Shown: positions 1 through 10,250, counted from the stretch's first letter. The stretch: 64,000 bases of DNA from Fibrobacterales bacterium (GCA_051532035.1 JAOPTW010000015.1:96001-160000); one strand, 5' to 3'. Made by a program: numbers and translations. Notes: generated by a model from the sequence alone, not told the origin.

Positions 1-366
1 GGTTGTTGTTGTCTTACCATGAGTGCCTGCAACTGCCAGGGTGTATTTGAGTCTCATTAATTCGCCAAGCATTTCGGCTCTACGTACCACTGGAATATTC
101 TGTTCAATAGCTGCAGCTATTTCAATATTATCAAGTGCTATTGCAGATGAACGCACCACTATATCTGCATCAGTAATATTTTCTATAGAATGCCCAATTG
201 CAATAGTCATTCCTTTACCTTGTAAATATTCAATAACCGGCCCCATATTCATATCTGACCCGGTAATATTAAACCCATTTTCATGGAGGACCTCAGCAAT
301 ACCTGACATACCAGCACCACCAATCCCTACAAAATGCAGTTTTTTAATTCGTGAACTTGGTATCAT
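1..366 (-). CDS. murC: UDP-N-acetylmuramate--L-alanine ligase (5' part; runs off window)
   Basis: Not in the ORF track. My translation gives [27 protein letters not shown]...[10 protein letters not shown]. The ATG overlaps the murG stop (ATGA). Confidence 0.95.
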   Translation of the reverse strand, partial: MIPSSRIKKLHFVGIGGAGMSGIAEVLHENGFNITGSDMNMGPVIEYLQGKGMTIAIGHSIENITDADIVVRSSAIALDNIEIAAAIEQNIPVVRRAEMLGELMRLKYTLAVAGTHGKTTTT

Positions 367-1448
367 CTGTTGCTCTCCATATCAATAATTTTTTCTGCTA
401 TCGTTTGCGCTGCATGAGGCTTGGCCAGTTCTTTTGTCGCCTCTCTCATTGTTGCTCGCTTCTCATCACTTGCCATTAATTCTGCTATCTTAGCGGCTAA
501 TGTATTAGAATCTGATTCTAACTCAACAAGAGCCGCTCCCACTTTTTCCACTTCCCGAGCATTGTGCTCTTGGTGATTTGCTGTTGCAAAAGGAAATGGC
601 ACTAAAATCGATGGTTTATTGAGTACTAAAATTTCGGCAAGAGTCGACGCTCCTGCTCTACTCACTAAAAGGTCAGCGTGATACATACACGCAAGGACTG
701 AATCAATAAAGCCTGTTACTATCACATTATTACAGTGAGCCGTCTTTTCAGTATACTCTATAACATTACCAGCACCCACCTGCCAAAGCAACAAGAACTC
801 TTCTTGGTTTTCAAGGAGTTCGAGAGATTCAAAAAGTTTTTCATTTATCCCTTTTGCACCTTGTGATCCACCAAGAACCAATACAATCTTCTTATCTCCA
901 GCATCTTGATACTCCATAGGACGTTTAGGTGCTGTTGCCATATCAAATCCTCGTATAGGATTACCGGTCACTTCAGTTTTTTCAGTACCGAGTTGTGCAC
1001 ATACAGACTGACTCGGTACGAACACTCTTTTGGCAAAGCGAGCTGCAATTTTATTTGCTACCCCTGCTACACTATTTTGCTCTTGAATATATACAGGTAC
1101 TCTTTTTAACCATGCACCAATCAATACGGGAAGCGATACATATCCACCTGTACCTATAACAACCTCTGCACCACTTTGAGATACGGCACTCATGCCACTA
1201 ACAATTGATCGCACTAGTCGATAAGGGAGTAAAAGGTTTTCAAAAAACTTCCCCCGCTTTAGAGGCACTGCTTGGATAGGAAAAAATCTATCGTTTTTTA
1301 ATATCCGTGATTCCATACTATCTGCTCGACCAGCAAACGAAACTGCGATATTACATTTTGCTGCCATAATTTCAGCTATTGCAACCGCAGGGAAAACATG
1401 TCCACCCGTTCCACCACAGGCAAAAAGCACTTTTTTTATAGTTCTCAT
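363..1448 (-). CDS. murG: Lipid II GlcNAc transferase MurG
   Basis: GGTGGH, GGYVS, EQN, GNP(I)R, GGSQGA, SRAGAST and HQEHNA motifs; dcw context. Confidence 0.97.
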   Translation of the reverse strand: MRTIKKVLFACGGTGGHVFPAVAIAEIMAAKCNIAVSFAGRADSMESRILKNDRFFPIQAVPLKRGKFFENLLLPYRLVRSIVSGMSAVSQSGAEVVIGTGGYVSLPVLIGAWLKRVPVYIQEQNSVAGVANKIAARFAKRVFVPSQSVCAQLGTEKTEVTGNPIRGFDMATAPKRPMEYQDAGDKKIVLVLGGSQGAKGINEKLFESLELLENQEEFLLLWQVGAGNVIEYTEKTAHCNNVIVTGFIDSVLACMYHADLLVSRAGASTLAEILVLNKPSILVPFPFATANHQEHNAREVEKVGAALVELESDSNTLAAKIAELMASDEKRATMREATKELAKPHAAQTIAEKIIDMESNR

Positions 1449-2575
1449 ACCCGTAAACCTCCCACTTCCTTACTCGCTTTGGAGATATTCAATATCACCC
1501 CGAGGGCAAAGAGGTTCAATATGAGATTTGTTCCACCATATCCCACCAATGGTAATGGTTGTCCTGTTGGAGGAATCAAACTAGTGCACACTCCAATATG
1601 AAAAAATGCATTTATAAACAGTGAAGTAGTGAAACCGATAACAACAAGACGGCCAAAAAGGGGTTCAACTCTACTTGCAATTGCAATACCACGCCATGCA
1701 ATCACTCCAAAAAGTGCCATAACTATAAAGGTCCCAATAAAACCCATCTCTTCGCCAAGTGACGCAAAAACGGTATCAGTAAATGGCATGGGAAGATACC
1801 CCAATTTTTGTGTACCTTCTCCAAGCCCCGAACCAAACATGCCACCACTCCCCAAACTGGTCAATGCCTGAGTTACTTGGTACGAACCTTCAACTCGTGT
1901 ATTACTTCCAAAGAGAGAAAATATCTGTTCCAACCAACTCATAACACGTTTTAATCTATAGTCACTACTAAACGCAAAAATGGAAACGAATACAAAGCCC
2001 GGACCACCAATGGCAAGCATATACTTTGTTGGTACGCCGGCAACAAAAAACATAATAACACTAATCACCACCACAAGAAGAGCTGTACTATAATTTGGCT
2101 GTAGGATGAGGAGTCCAAAAACAACTCCTACAATAATAAGTGGTCGTAAAAAACCGATTTTTAAATCTTCGATTTGATCTTTACATTCAGAAAGCTTTGT
2201 AGCTAATAGAAAGATCATTGAAATTTTCATCAGCTCAGAGGGTTGAAACTTAAGTCCACCGAGATTGAGCCACCGGGTAGCCCCGTGAACCTTAACACCC
2301 CAAGGACCAACAAGCAGTGCGAGCATCAATACAAATGAGAGAATAAAGAAGAGTCGTGAATACTTCATCCAGACCGCATAATCAATCTGAATTGTCACCA
2401 AAAAGAGTGCTACACCTACTAAAAGTTTGACCAAGTGATTTAACACAAAATAGGTCTCCTCCTTTTTTGCTTCGAGAGCTGATGGGCTACTCGCACTGTA
2501 GATAATAACGATACCAATTCCGATAAGTGCAAAAACTGCAATTAAGAGTAATCGGTCAATAGCAACACTTTTCAA
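1445..2575 (-). CDS. ftsW: SEDS peptidoglycan polymerase FtsW
   Basis: Multi-TM protein with GATRW, FQPSE, YLPMPFTD, EEMG, PPTGQPLP and YGG motifs; upstream of murG. Confidence 0.95.
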   Translation of the reverse strand: MKSVAIDRLLLIAVFALIGIGIVIIYSASSPSALEAKKEETYFVLNHLVKLLVGVALFLVTIQIDYAVWMKYSRLFFILSFVLMLALLVGPWGVKVHGATRWLNLGGLKFQPSELMKISMIFLLATKLSECKDQIEDLKIGFLRPLIIVGVVFGLLILQPNYSTALLVVVISVIMFFVAGVPTKYMLAIGGPGFVFVSIFAFSSDYRLKRVMSWLEQIFSLFGSNTRVEGSYQVTQALTSLGSGGMFGSGLGEGTQKLGYLPMPFTDTVFASLGEEMGFIGTFIVMALFGVIAWRGIAIASRVEPLFGRLVVIGFTTSLFINAFFHIGVCTSLIPPTGQPLPLVGYGGTNLILNLFALGVILNISKASKEVGGLRV

Positions 2576-3585
2576 CTTTTTAATACCTCTCTAAAGAAAT
2601 CAAAACTCTCCATACCGCCACGGGCTCCATTCAGTGATGGAAAAAAGAGAATTGCACCACCGTCATCAAGAAGCGACTCGGATTCATGCACCACTTCTGA
2701 CATAGATTGGCAATGATCAAAAACATTAGGTAACCGTTCGTGAAGCCCTTTAAGGTATGATGCCTCGGTACCCGGGAGCGCAACAACATATGCCTTAGCA
2801 TCTACTAACGCATTTTCAAAAGCGGGAGTCATTTTAAAGTTAGAACCACCGAGTATTACGGTACATTCACCTTCAAAGCAGTGTAAAATTTCTGTCGCAT
2901 CACGATGTGAGATAATATTTGAGTTATCAAAATATTTCATACCATGCTTTTCAGCAACCATCTCCATTTCCATACTTTGAAGACAGAGTTCAGAAATAGC
3001 AGCACGTATCTCTTCTACAGAGACATGAAGTGACTTTGCAACATAAATCGCGGTGATAATATTTTCGATATAGGTGCCATCGGGAATATTTAAGCTACTC
3101 GAAATGCCAATAATATGAGAAAGGGTGTGTTCACGAACCACAATCATCCCATCTTTGAGTACAACACTAAATGGCATTGTCTCTTCTGCAGGGCGTGGAT
3201 GCATCGCCATATCGACAAGATCTTCCACAACAAACTGTACCTGTGATTCATGGAACCCATTGTCAATATCACTATCAAATTTTGAAGTAGCAATGCCAAA
3301 TAAATTATGTTGAGGCTTCAATACCCCATCCTCTAGCCCTGCACGCGCTAACATAAGACAGTCAGATACTGGTGCACTTAAGAAACGGCCTCTTTGTGAC
3401 TGTTCTTCCTGCTGAGTATAAATTTTTACCCCATAACTACGAAGCATTCTATTGAGAAGACGAATCGTAAAACGATGTCGTGCATTACGAGGGGCTGCAA
3501 TGAGCCCATCAGTTATATTATTGAGCTGCAGTTCAAAGCTTTTCGCCATTAATCCCACAGTAAGTGCTGTTGTATTATAGATCAT
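2572..3585 (-). CDS. MurD-like protein, N-terminally truncated and lacking catalytic motifs (putative pseudo-ligase)
   Basis: Occupies the murD slot. Collinear with MurD central and C-terminal domains (ENIITAI..VSVEEIRAAI..EMVAEKHGMKYFDNS, VILGG, GAILFFP) but has no P-loop. Start placed at ATG 3585 after GAAAGGA. Confidence 0.7.
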   Translation of the reverse strand: MIYNTTALTVGLMAKSFELQLNNITDGLIAAPRNARHRFTIRLLNRMLRSYGVKIYTQQEEQSQRGRFLSAPVSDCLMLARAGLEDGVLKPQHNLFGIATSKFDSDIDNGFHESQVQFVVEDLVDMAMHPRPAEETMPFSVVLKDGMIVVREHTLSHIIGISSSLNIPDGTYIENIITAIYVAKSLHVSVEEIRAAISELCLQSMEMEMVAEKHGMKYFDNSNIISHRDATEILHCFEGECTVILGGSNFKMTPAFENALVDAKAYVVALPGTEASYLKGLHERLPNVFDHCQSMSEVVHESESLLDDGGAILFFPSLNGARGGMESFDFFREVLKS

Positions 3586-3586
3586 T

Positions 3587-4981
3587 TTATAATCCTTTCG
3601 TAAGCTCAAACTTCATTACTGCATCAACGACGGTATCAAGCTTCACTCCACGAGAAGCTTTAACTAATATTAGGTCCCCCTCTGAAACGCTCTCTTTTAA
3701 CAATCGAGTAACGTCCTCAAGTGAGTTGCAATGAGTCACATTTTCTAATTTCATACCACTTTTTTGGGCACCAATTGCAATAGACTCTGCCGCTTCGCCA
3801 ACAGTAATAAGTTGATCAATATTTTGTTCAGGAACAAGTGTTCCTATTTTAAGGTGCCTCTCTTCTGATACATCGCCAAGTTCGAGCATATCACCAAGCA
3901 CCGCTATTTTTTTACCCGCAACACTCATTTCACCAACTGAGTGAAGTGCAGAAGCAGTAGATGAAGGGTTTGCATTATAACAATCTGCAAAAACCTTAAA
4001 GCCATCAGCCTGTTTCATTTCGGTTCTTAAATTGGATGCAGTATATTTTGAAAGTGCTACTGCCGCATCCTGTTGTCTAATTTTCATCGCTTTACTAACC
4101 GCGATAGCGGCGAGTGCATTGTACACCGTATGAAGCCCTGGAACATTCAAGTGATACTGGATTCTTCCCACTTTAAACGATGCGCATGAATTTTCGTCCC
4201 ATGTAATATCTTTTGCTTTAATTTGGCCATGCTTAATACCAAAAGTGACCAATTTATACTGAGTCGTTGACTTGAGTTTCACAAAATAGGGATCATCAGC
4301 GTTCACGAAAAGGGTCCCCGCTTTCTGGAGTCCTTCAACTATCTGAATTTTCTCTTTAAAGACATTATCTTCATTTTTAAAAAACTCTAAATGACTCGCA
4401 CCAATATTTGTAATGACAGCATATTGCGGTGCAACTGTTTTTGAAAGCACCTTTATTTCACCATTCTCACTGGTACCTACTTCAAAAATCCCATATTGAT
4501 GTTCTTTTCTGAGTCTGAATATAGTGAGGGGAACACCCACTTGATTATTGTAATTACCACCTGTGGCAATGCCACATTGAGATGCAGAGAGTATTGCATT
4601 GAGCATATCTTTAGTAGTCGTTTTACCATTAGAACCAGTAATAGCAATTTTTGGTATAGGGAAACGCTTAGCATACCCTTTTGCCAACTTAAGAAGAGCC
4701 TGGTTGGTATTATCAACAGGTATATATGTTTTTACACTATTTGGATGTTCTTTTATCCACTCTTTTGCCACTACTGTCACTAGTACTCCTTTTTTCACTA
4801 CACTCTCAATAAATGTGTGTGCATCGTATCGTTCCCCAGCCAATGGCCAAAAAATGACATTTTCCATTGCATCCCTCGAATCAAAGCTGATACAACACTG
4901 AGTTGCACCAACATCATCTCCTACAATGCTTGTTTCAAGCAGTTCAGCCAGTTCTGTAATATTAAGCTCTAACTGCTTCAT
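3587..4981 (-). CDS. murF: UDP-MurNAc-tripeptide--D-Ala-D-Ala ligase
   Basis: ITGSNGKTTTK, GNYNNQVGVP, DCYNANP, LGDMLELG and KASRG motifs. Confidence 0.96.
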   Translation of the reverse strand: MKQLELNITELAELLETSIVGDDVGATQCCISFDSRDAMENVIFWPLAGERYDAHTFIESVVKKGVLVTVVAKEWIKEHPNSVKTYIPVDNTNQALLKLAKGYAKRFPIPKIAITGSNGKTTTKDMLNAILSASQCGIATGGNYNNQVGVPLTIFRLRKEHQYGIFEVGTSENGEIKVLSKTVAPQYAVITNIGASHLEFFKNEDNVFKEKIQIVEGLQKAGTLFVNADDPYFVKLKSTTQYKLVTFGIKHGQIKAKDITWDENSCASFKVGRIQYHLNVPGLHTVYNALAAIAVSKAMKIRQQDAAVALSKYTASNLRTEMKQADGFKVFADCYNANPSSTASALHSVGEMSVAGKKIAVLGDMLELGDVSEERHLKIGTLVPEQNIDQLITVGEAAESIAIGAQKSGMKLENVTHCNSLEDVTRLLKESVSEGDLILVKASRGVKLDTVVDAVMKFELTKGL

Positions 4982-6419
4982 TTTCTATACTCTCTTTAAC
5001 AACTACTCTATCATCAAATGGATGTTTTACCGTTCCAATAATTTGATAATCCTCATGCCCTTTTCCAGCCACAACAAGACAGTCGTATTCATTCATATCA
5101 GAGAGGGCTTTCTCTATTGCTCTCTTGCGATCTTCTTCCACTATTACTTTGTTTTCGTCTGTGAACCCTTTAAGTATATCTGAAATAATGGCACTCGCAT
5201 CTTCAGTACGCGGGTTATCAGAACTCACATAGACAACATCTGCAACAGATTCAGCTGCCTGCGCCATCAGTACTCTTTTGCCAGTATCTCGATCACCGCC
5301 ACAACCAAAGAGCACTCGTAATGACCCTTTGCATATAGGGCGTACATTTTCTAATACTCGCTGTAGGGCATCTGGAGTGTGAGCATAATCGACAAATACA
5401 CGTTTATGTTTACTAAAAGATATCAGTTCCATACGTCCAGGCACTGTTGTTGTTGCTATCGCATCAACAAGCTGCTCTTCAGAAAGCCCATAAGCCAATG
5501 ACGCACCAACAGCTGCAAGTATATTTTCTTCATTGAACGCACCAAAGAGTGCAGTGCACACACTAAATTCTCTGCCTCTATAGCGAAGAGTGCATTCTTT
5601 AACACCTGACTGTTCGAAACTCCCCACAAAATAGAGGTCTGCATCTTCATTAGTCCGAGAGTATCGAATAACAGGTATAGACAGCTCACGAATTAACCGT
5701 GCACCTGATGTGTCGTCCATATTGATAACAGCAATTCCACCAGGCCTTAAATATGTGGTAAAGAGTTTTTTCTTAGCCTGATAATACTCTTCCATATCGT
5801 TGTGATAATCAAGATGATCTTGGCTGAGGTTAGTGAAAACCCCTACATCATAAGATATACCGAGTACTCGATTTTGATGGAGCGCATGTGATGACACTTC
5901 CATTACCATCACTTCACATTTTTTTGCTATTGATGCAGCACAGAGTTCTTGCATTTTTATAAAGCCAGGAGTCGTCAAATCACTTATCGTTCTTTCACCA
6001 GCAATCTCAGAGGCAATTGTTCCGCTCAGTGCTGTACGCATTCCATTAACTTTTAAAAAGCTGTTTACAAGATAACTAATAGTTGTTTTTCCATTGGTTC
6101 CTGTAATACCTACAAACGAAAGTTTTTTTGCGGGACTCCCATAATAAGCAACAACCATTTGCTCACGAGCCTGTACTACATTATTAACTCTAATGTGTAC
6201 AGAACTCTCTAGAGAGCTCTCAGATACTATTGCAATAGCACCATTTTCAAGAGCACTTTGTATAAATTGAGCTCCGTCATTCATTGATCCCTGCATAACA
6301 ATAAACACCATACCCGGAGTCACCAAACGTGAATCATCAGTAATCCCCGAAATGGATGTCGAAAGCTCCATTGTTGTCTCGACTCCATTAACCTGTTTGA
6401 GAATTTCGGCTAGCATCAT
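4962..6419 (-). CDS. murE: UDP-MurNAc-dipeptide--meso-DAP ligase
   Basis: GITGTNGKTT, MEVSSH, DHLDYH, DYAHTPD, DNPR (meso-DAP type) and AGKGHE motifs. Confidence 0.97.
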   Translation of the reverse strand: MMLAEILKQVNGVETTMELSTSISGITDDSRLVTPGMVFIVMQGSMNDGAQFIQSALENGAIAIVSESSLESSVHIRVNNVVQAREQMVVAYYGSPAKKLSFVGITGTNGKTTISYLVNSFLKVNGMRTALSGTIASEIAGERTISDLTTPGFIKMQELCAASIAKKCEVMVMEVSSHALHQNRVLGISYDVGVFTNLSQDHLDYHNDMEEYYQAKKKLFTTYLRPGGIAVINMDDTSGARLIRELSIPVIRYSRTNEDADLYFVGSFEQSGVKECTLRYRGREFSVCTALFGAFNEENILAAVGASLAYGLSEEQLVDAIATTTVPGRMELISFSKHKRVFVDYAHTPDALQRVLENVRPICKGSLRVLFGCGGDRDTGKRVLMAQAAESVADVVYVSSDNPRTEDASAIISDILKGFTDENKVIVEEDRKRAIEKALSDMNEYDCLVVAGKGHEDYQIIGTVKHPFDDRVVVKESIENEAVRA

Positions 6420-6420
6420 A

Positions 6421-8190
6421 CTAAATATTCTCCATTAAGGTTATGGTACATTTTGAACGGGTACCGAGAAGATCACCCATTTCTGGTGATTGATTCACTA
6501 CCCATCCTGAGCCCGAAAAATCAACGACAACACCACGGCCTGCCATAAGAGCAACTGCTTCTCTAAGGGATTTACCTTTTAAATTTGGCATAATTGTTCT
6601 TTTTTCTACTTGGTCATCCTGAGACATCACATCTTTTGGATCAGTCGCTGGTAAAGTTTTAACGAATGTTCCTCGTAAGCCCTGTCTATTTATTCTTGGA
6701 GAGACCTGTACTTTTTCCATAATCTCTTTAAAGACTGGTCCAGCTGTACGTGCACCTGAGGTAAATGTTCTTGGCTCATCAATCACAACCATACAGACAT
6801 ACTGAGGATGTGCCGCTGGTACCATTCCAATAAATGATGAGTTCATTGATGAGCGAATATACCGCTTTTTATCGACACTATACTTTTCAGCAGTTCCGGT
6901 CTTGCCTGCAGTAGAGATAATATCAGATTGTAAATTTCTGGCAGTTCCATATTTAACAACACCAGCTAGCATATTACGAAGTTCAGATGCTGTCTCTTCC
7001 GATATCACTCTTCTAATGGTCTGCTTGGGGTTGTCAAGAACTACCTCACCCGTGGTACGCTCTCGTAGTTGTCTTACAATCCTCGGCTTGAGCAACTCTC
7101 CGCCATTCGCCACTGTTCCGTAAGCCATCGCAACCTGAAGAGGCGTGGTCATAATCTCATGCCCCATGGCCATAGTTACTAAGGTTCTTCCACTCCAGCG
7201 AGAAATATTTTTCAATCGACCTTTCTCTTCACCAGGAATCTGAATTCCTGTCTTTGTACCAAACCCAAATCGTCGTACATATCTGAAATAATCTTCTTTA
7301 CCGACTTTTGTTGCTACTTGGGCAAAGCCAACATTAGATGAGAATGCCATAGCATCAGCAAATGAGATCCACCCATATTTGTGTGTATCACGAATGACAT
7401 CACCATAAATTTTATAGACACCCATATTACCATTGATTGAATCATTTGATTGCATAATGCGCTCTTCGATCGCAGCTGCAGCTGCAACAACCTTAAAGGT
7501 AGATCCTGGCTCGTAGACTTTGGCAACAACATCATTTTTTGTAGCCGACAAATCAAGTTTTGAGAGATCATTAGGATCATAGTCGGGGTAACTTGCCATA
7601 GCCAGAATCTCGCCCGTATGAGGATCAATAACTACAGCAGTACCACGATCAGCTTTCACCTTTTTAACACCACGCTCAAGTGCTCCTTCAGCAATATGCT
7701 GAATCTCTTTATCAATGGTCAAAACTACATCTAATCCAGCAACAGGAGCAGCACCATCGAGCTGCATTCCTTCATAAATACGTCGCTTAACATCAACCTT
7801 CTTATAACGCCAGCCATCAATACCCCGGAGCTGATTATCAAAATAGCGTTCAACTCCAAGCATACCCTTACCATCACGACCGAGGTGCCCCAACACTTGT
7901 GACCCCAACTTACCGTATGGTAAAAAACGACGAACACTATTGTCTTTCACCGATTCTATATGCGTTTTAACAAGGACTGTGCCATTGCGGTCATAAATAG
8001 TACCTCTCTCTGGAAGCACTACCTGTCTTTGAGTTGATTGTCGATCGGATTTCTTGCTGAAGTAATCAGCTTTAACTATTTGTATATGAAAGGTGATCCC
8101 AACTATCAAAAACCACATAACTCCAAATAAGGCGAGAACGACTATCAGTCTCGACTCAATGCTAGAGGTGTTATTTCGATATTGGTGCAT
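6421..8190 (-). CDS. ftsI: Class B PBP FtsI with C-terminal PASTA domain
   Basis: N-terminal TM, RGTIYDRNG, EPGSTFK (SxxK), SSN, KTGT, and C-terminal MPNLKGKSLREA PASTA-like segment. Confidence 0.93.
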   Translation of the reverse strand: MHQYRNNTSSIESRLIVVLALFGVMWFLIVGITFHIQIVKADYFSKKSDRQSTQRQVVLPERGTIYDRNGTVLVKTHIESVKDNSVRRFLPYGKLGSQVLGHLGRDGKGMLGVERYFDNQLRGIDGWRYKKVDVKRRIYEGMQLDGAAPVAGLDVVLTIDKEIQHIAEGALERGVKKVKADRGTAVVIDPHTGEILAMASYPDYDPNDLSKLDLSATKNDVVAKVYEPGSTFKVVAAAAAIEERIMQSNDSINGNMGVYKIYGDVIRDTHKYGWISFADAMAFSSNVGFAQVATKVGKEDYFRYVRRFGFGTKTGIQIPGEEKGRLKNISRWSGRTLVTMAMGHEIMTTPLQVAMAYGTVANGGELLKPRIVRQLRERTTGEVVLDNPKQTIRRVISEETASELRNMLAGVVKYGTARNLQSDIISTAGKTGTAEKYSVDKKRYIRSSMNSSFIGMVPAAHPQYVCMVVIDEPRTFTSGARTAGPVFKEIMEKVQVSPRINRQGLRGTFVKTLPATDPKDVMSQDDQVEKRTIMPNLKGKSLREAVALMAGRGVVVDFSGSGWVVNQSPEMGDLLGTRSKCTITLMENI

Positions 8191-8191
8191 T

Positions 8192-8452
8192 TTATTTCTC
8201 TGTTATCGCCGTATAGGTTGCATTAAAGCCTAGGCCACGTTCCGCAGCTATTTGCTCAATTCTTTGACGGGAACGAAGGGTATTAATTTTAAACTCTTTT
8301 TTCTGTAATTCACTTTCAAGTGTTCTACAAATCGCCGCTAACCGTGTACTCTCTTTTTGGATGTCATTATACTTGTTCTGTTTCCACACCGGAAATGACG
8401 CGATCAATGCCATAACCAAAATACTTGCAATTATTATCACTATCCCTTTCAT
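8192..8452 (-). CDS. ftsL: Cell division protein FtsL-like
   Basis: TM plus coiled coil ending in RIEQIAAERGL; lies between rsmH and ftsI. Confidence 0.8.
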   Translation of the reverse strand: MKGIVIIIASILVMALIASFPVWKQNKYNDIQKESTRLAAICRTLESELQKKEFKINTLRSRQRIEQIAAERGLGFNATYTAITEK

Positions 8453-8455
8453 TCT

Positions 8456-9382
8456 CTATACCCTTTCATAGACTCTTAGCTTTGCAGAGCGAGCCCGTGA
8501 GTTTTGTGCCACCTCATTTTCAGTTGGTGGCAACGGTTTATTGAATACTTTTTTAAAGGTGCGATTATTTGAGCCACACATACACACAGGTAATTCTTGT
8601 GGGCAAGTACATTCACGCTCTTTCTCTCGCATAATATTTTTTACCAATCGATCTTCGCCTGAGTGATAACTCAATACGCAAACTCGGCCTCCTGGCTTCA
8701 TAATACGTTCAAGGGAATCAAATGATTCTTCAATCTGCTTCAGTTCTTCATTAACTTCCATTCTGATACTTTGAAATGCCCGCGCAAGAAAATCATTATG
8801 TTTATGTGGCTGACCTTTGTACACTTTTTGGAGTACCGCTCTAAAGTCTGAAGGATACAGTTCATCTTCACCCTTAGACTCTACGAGTTCTTTTATTTTC
8901 TCAGCAAGATGGCGACTCTTTTTAAGATCGCCATTTTTTCTAAAACAGAGGGCGAGTGCATCTTCAGATATAGCCGACAAAAAATCGTATGCTGACTCTC
9001 CTGAGTCTTGATTCATACGCATATCAACTTTTTCATTTTCCCGAAAAGTAAAGCCACGTTCAGCTTTATCAAGTTGATGCGATGAGACCCCAAGGTCGTA
9101 AAGTATACCATCAACCGTTGCATCACCCAACACTTCACCTATTGTGGAAAAAGGACGATGGTGAGCTTTGAAATTTGAAAATTCTTTCAGACGTTCTGTT
9201 GCATAGGCGATTGCTTCAGGGTCTCGATCAAATGAATCAAGAGTACTCCCTGCTGTAATCCGTTTTAATATTTCCTGAGAATGACCGCCACCACCAAGAG
9301 TGCAATCAACATAATTCCCCTCTGGTTGCACAAGCATATACTCAAGAATTTCTGACACCATTACCGGCAAATGATAACTCAT
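8456..9382 (-). CDS. rsmH: 16S rRNA m4C1402 methyltransferase
   Basis: HLPVM, DCTLGGGGHS, DLGVSSHQ, SYHSGED and NSRARSAKLR motifs. Confidence 0.97.
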   Translation of the reverse strand: MSYHLPVMVSEILEYMLVQPEGNYVDCTLGGGGHSQEILKRITAGSTLDSFDRDPEAIAYATERLKEFSNFKAHHRPFSTIGEVLGDATVDGILYDLGVSSHQLDKAERGFTFRENEKVDMRMNQDSGESAYDFLSAISEDALALCFRKNGDLKKSRHLAEKIKELVESKGEDELYPSDFRAVLQKVYKGQPHKHNDFLARAFQSIRMEVNEELKQIEESFDSLERIMKPGGRVCVLSYHSGEDRLVKNIMREKERECTCPQELPVCMCGSNNRTFKKVFNKPLPPTENEVAQNSRARSAKLRVYERV

Positions 9383-9385
9383 TAA

Positions 9386-9838
9386 TTAACCCTCATTTGT
9401 ATCATCAAAATAGAAGAAGTTGTCGTATTGATCCTCAGTTGGGTTACAAATTTCTGCATAGCGTTCAGGTGTCCAAATACTGACATGTTCCCCCTCACCA
9501 AGAAAGGTCACCTCTCCCTCAACACCTGCGTGGGCGCGTTGTTCTTCTGTAAGAGTGATACGGTGTTGACCATCTAATTTTGAAAGACGAGCTCCCCCCA
9601 TGAATTTGCGGAGTGAGTGAATATTTGAGCGAGTCTTGGGAAGGCTTTTAAGCTCGTGTAGATAATCGTTCCAAGCGGGTATTGAATATAGTCTGAGAGA
9701 GTGTTCCGGCCCAACCGTCACCATAACTTGTCCCTCGCTTTCAGCAGGGAGTAGCTTACGTAACTCTTTTGGGAATGAACAACGACCTTTAGTATCTAAA
9801 GTTGTCGTGCTATTTCCAAAGAAACCTAAAACACTCAT
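9386..9838 (-). CDS. mraZ: Division/cell-wall cluster repressor MraZ
   Basis: Two DxxGR-like repeats (LDTKGR, LDGQHR); first gene of the dcw cluster. Confidence 0.93.
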   Translation of the reverse strand: MSVLGFFGNSTTTLDTKGRCSFPKELRKLLPAESEGQVMVTVGPEHSLRLYSIPAWNDYLHELKSLPKTRSNIHSLRKFMGGARLSKLDGQHRITLTEEQRAHAGVEGEVTFLGEGEHVSIWTPERYAEICNPTEDQYDNFFYFDDTNEG

Positions 9839-9844
9839 ACAAAT

Positions 9845-9888
9845 TCACTTTTACCCATAATTACCCTAAAGATACCATTCTTCCCCAC
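9845..9888 (-). promoter_or_regulatory. MraZ-box array (10-bp period)
   Basis: Minus strand reads GTGGGG-N4-ATGGTA-N4-TAGGGT-N4-ATGGGT-N4-GTGA directly upstream of mraZ. Confidence 0.75.
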
Positions 9889-9943
9889 TATTTAGAATAA
9901 GTTTTTAGTAAATAGATTATTTTACCTGTCAGCACCCTCCTAA

Positions 9944-9959
9944 ACACAACATATTGTGG
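9944..9959. promoter_or_regulatory. NrdR-box-like palindrome
   Basis: ACACAACATATTGTGG compared with the consensus acaCwAtATaTwGtg. Confidence 0.45.
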
Positions 9960-10187
9960 GTCAAGTGCATCCTCTACACAATGAGACTTTCGGGTAAGCG
10001 TGGGGTAAAATGGTGATACTTTTTCAGTTTTTGAAATTTTAGGCCAGCGCAGAGAATAATTTTTAACACATCACAAAAATTGTTGGAGCCTATGACGCGA
10101 GAGTTACAATGATTTTTTCACTAGACTAATAATATAAGAAAGCGAAAATCGGCAACTAATACGGCACTCTTTTCGGAGTTAAAAAAC

Positions 10188-10231
10188 AAAAAAGCCTCCC
10201 CCTCTTTGAATATATGAGGGGGAGGCTTTTT
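10188..10231 (-). terminator. Intrinsic terminator (possibly bidirectional)
   Basis: AAAAGCCTCCCCCTC...GAGGGGGAGGCTTTT hairpin flanked by A/T runs. Confidence 0.85.
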
Positions 10232-10250
10232 AAAGTTGCTGCAATATGTG

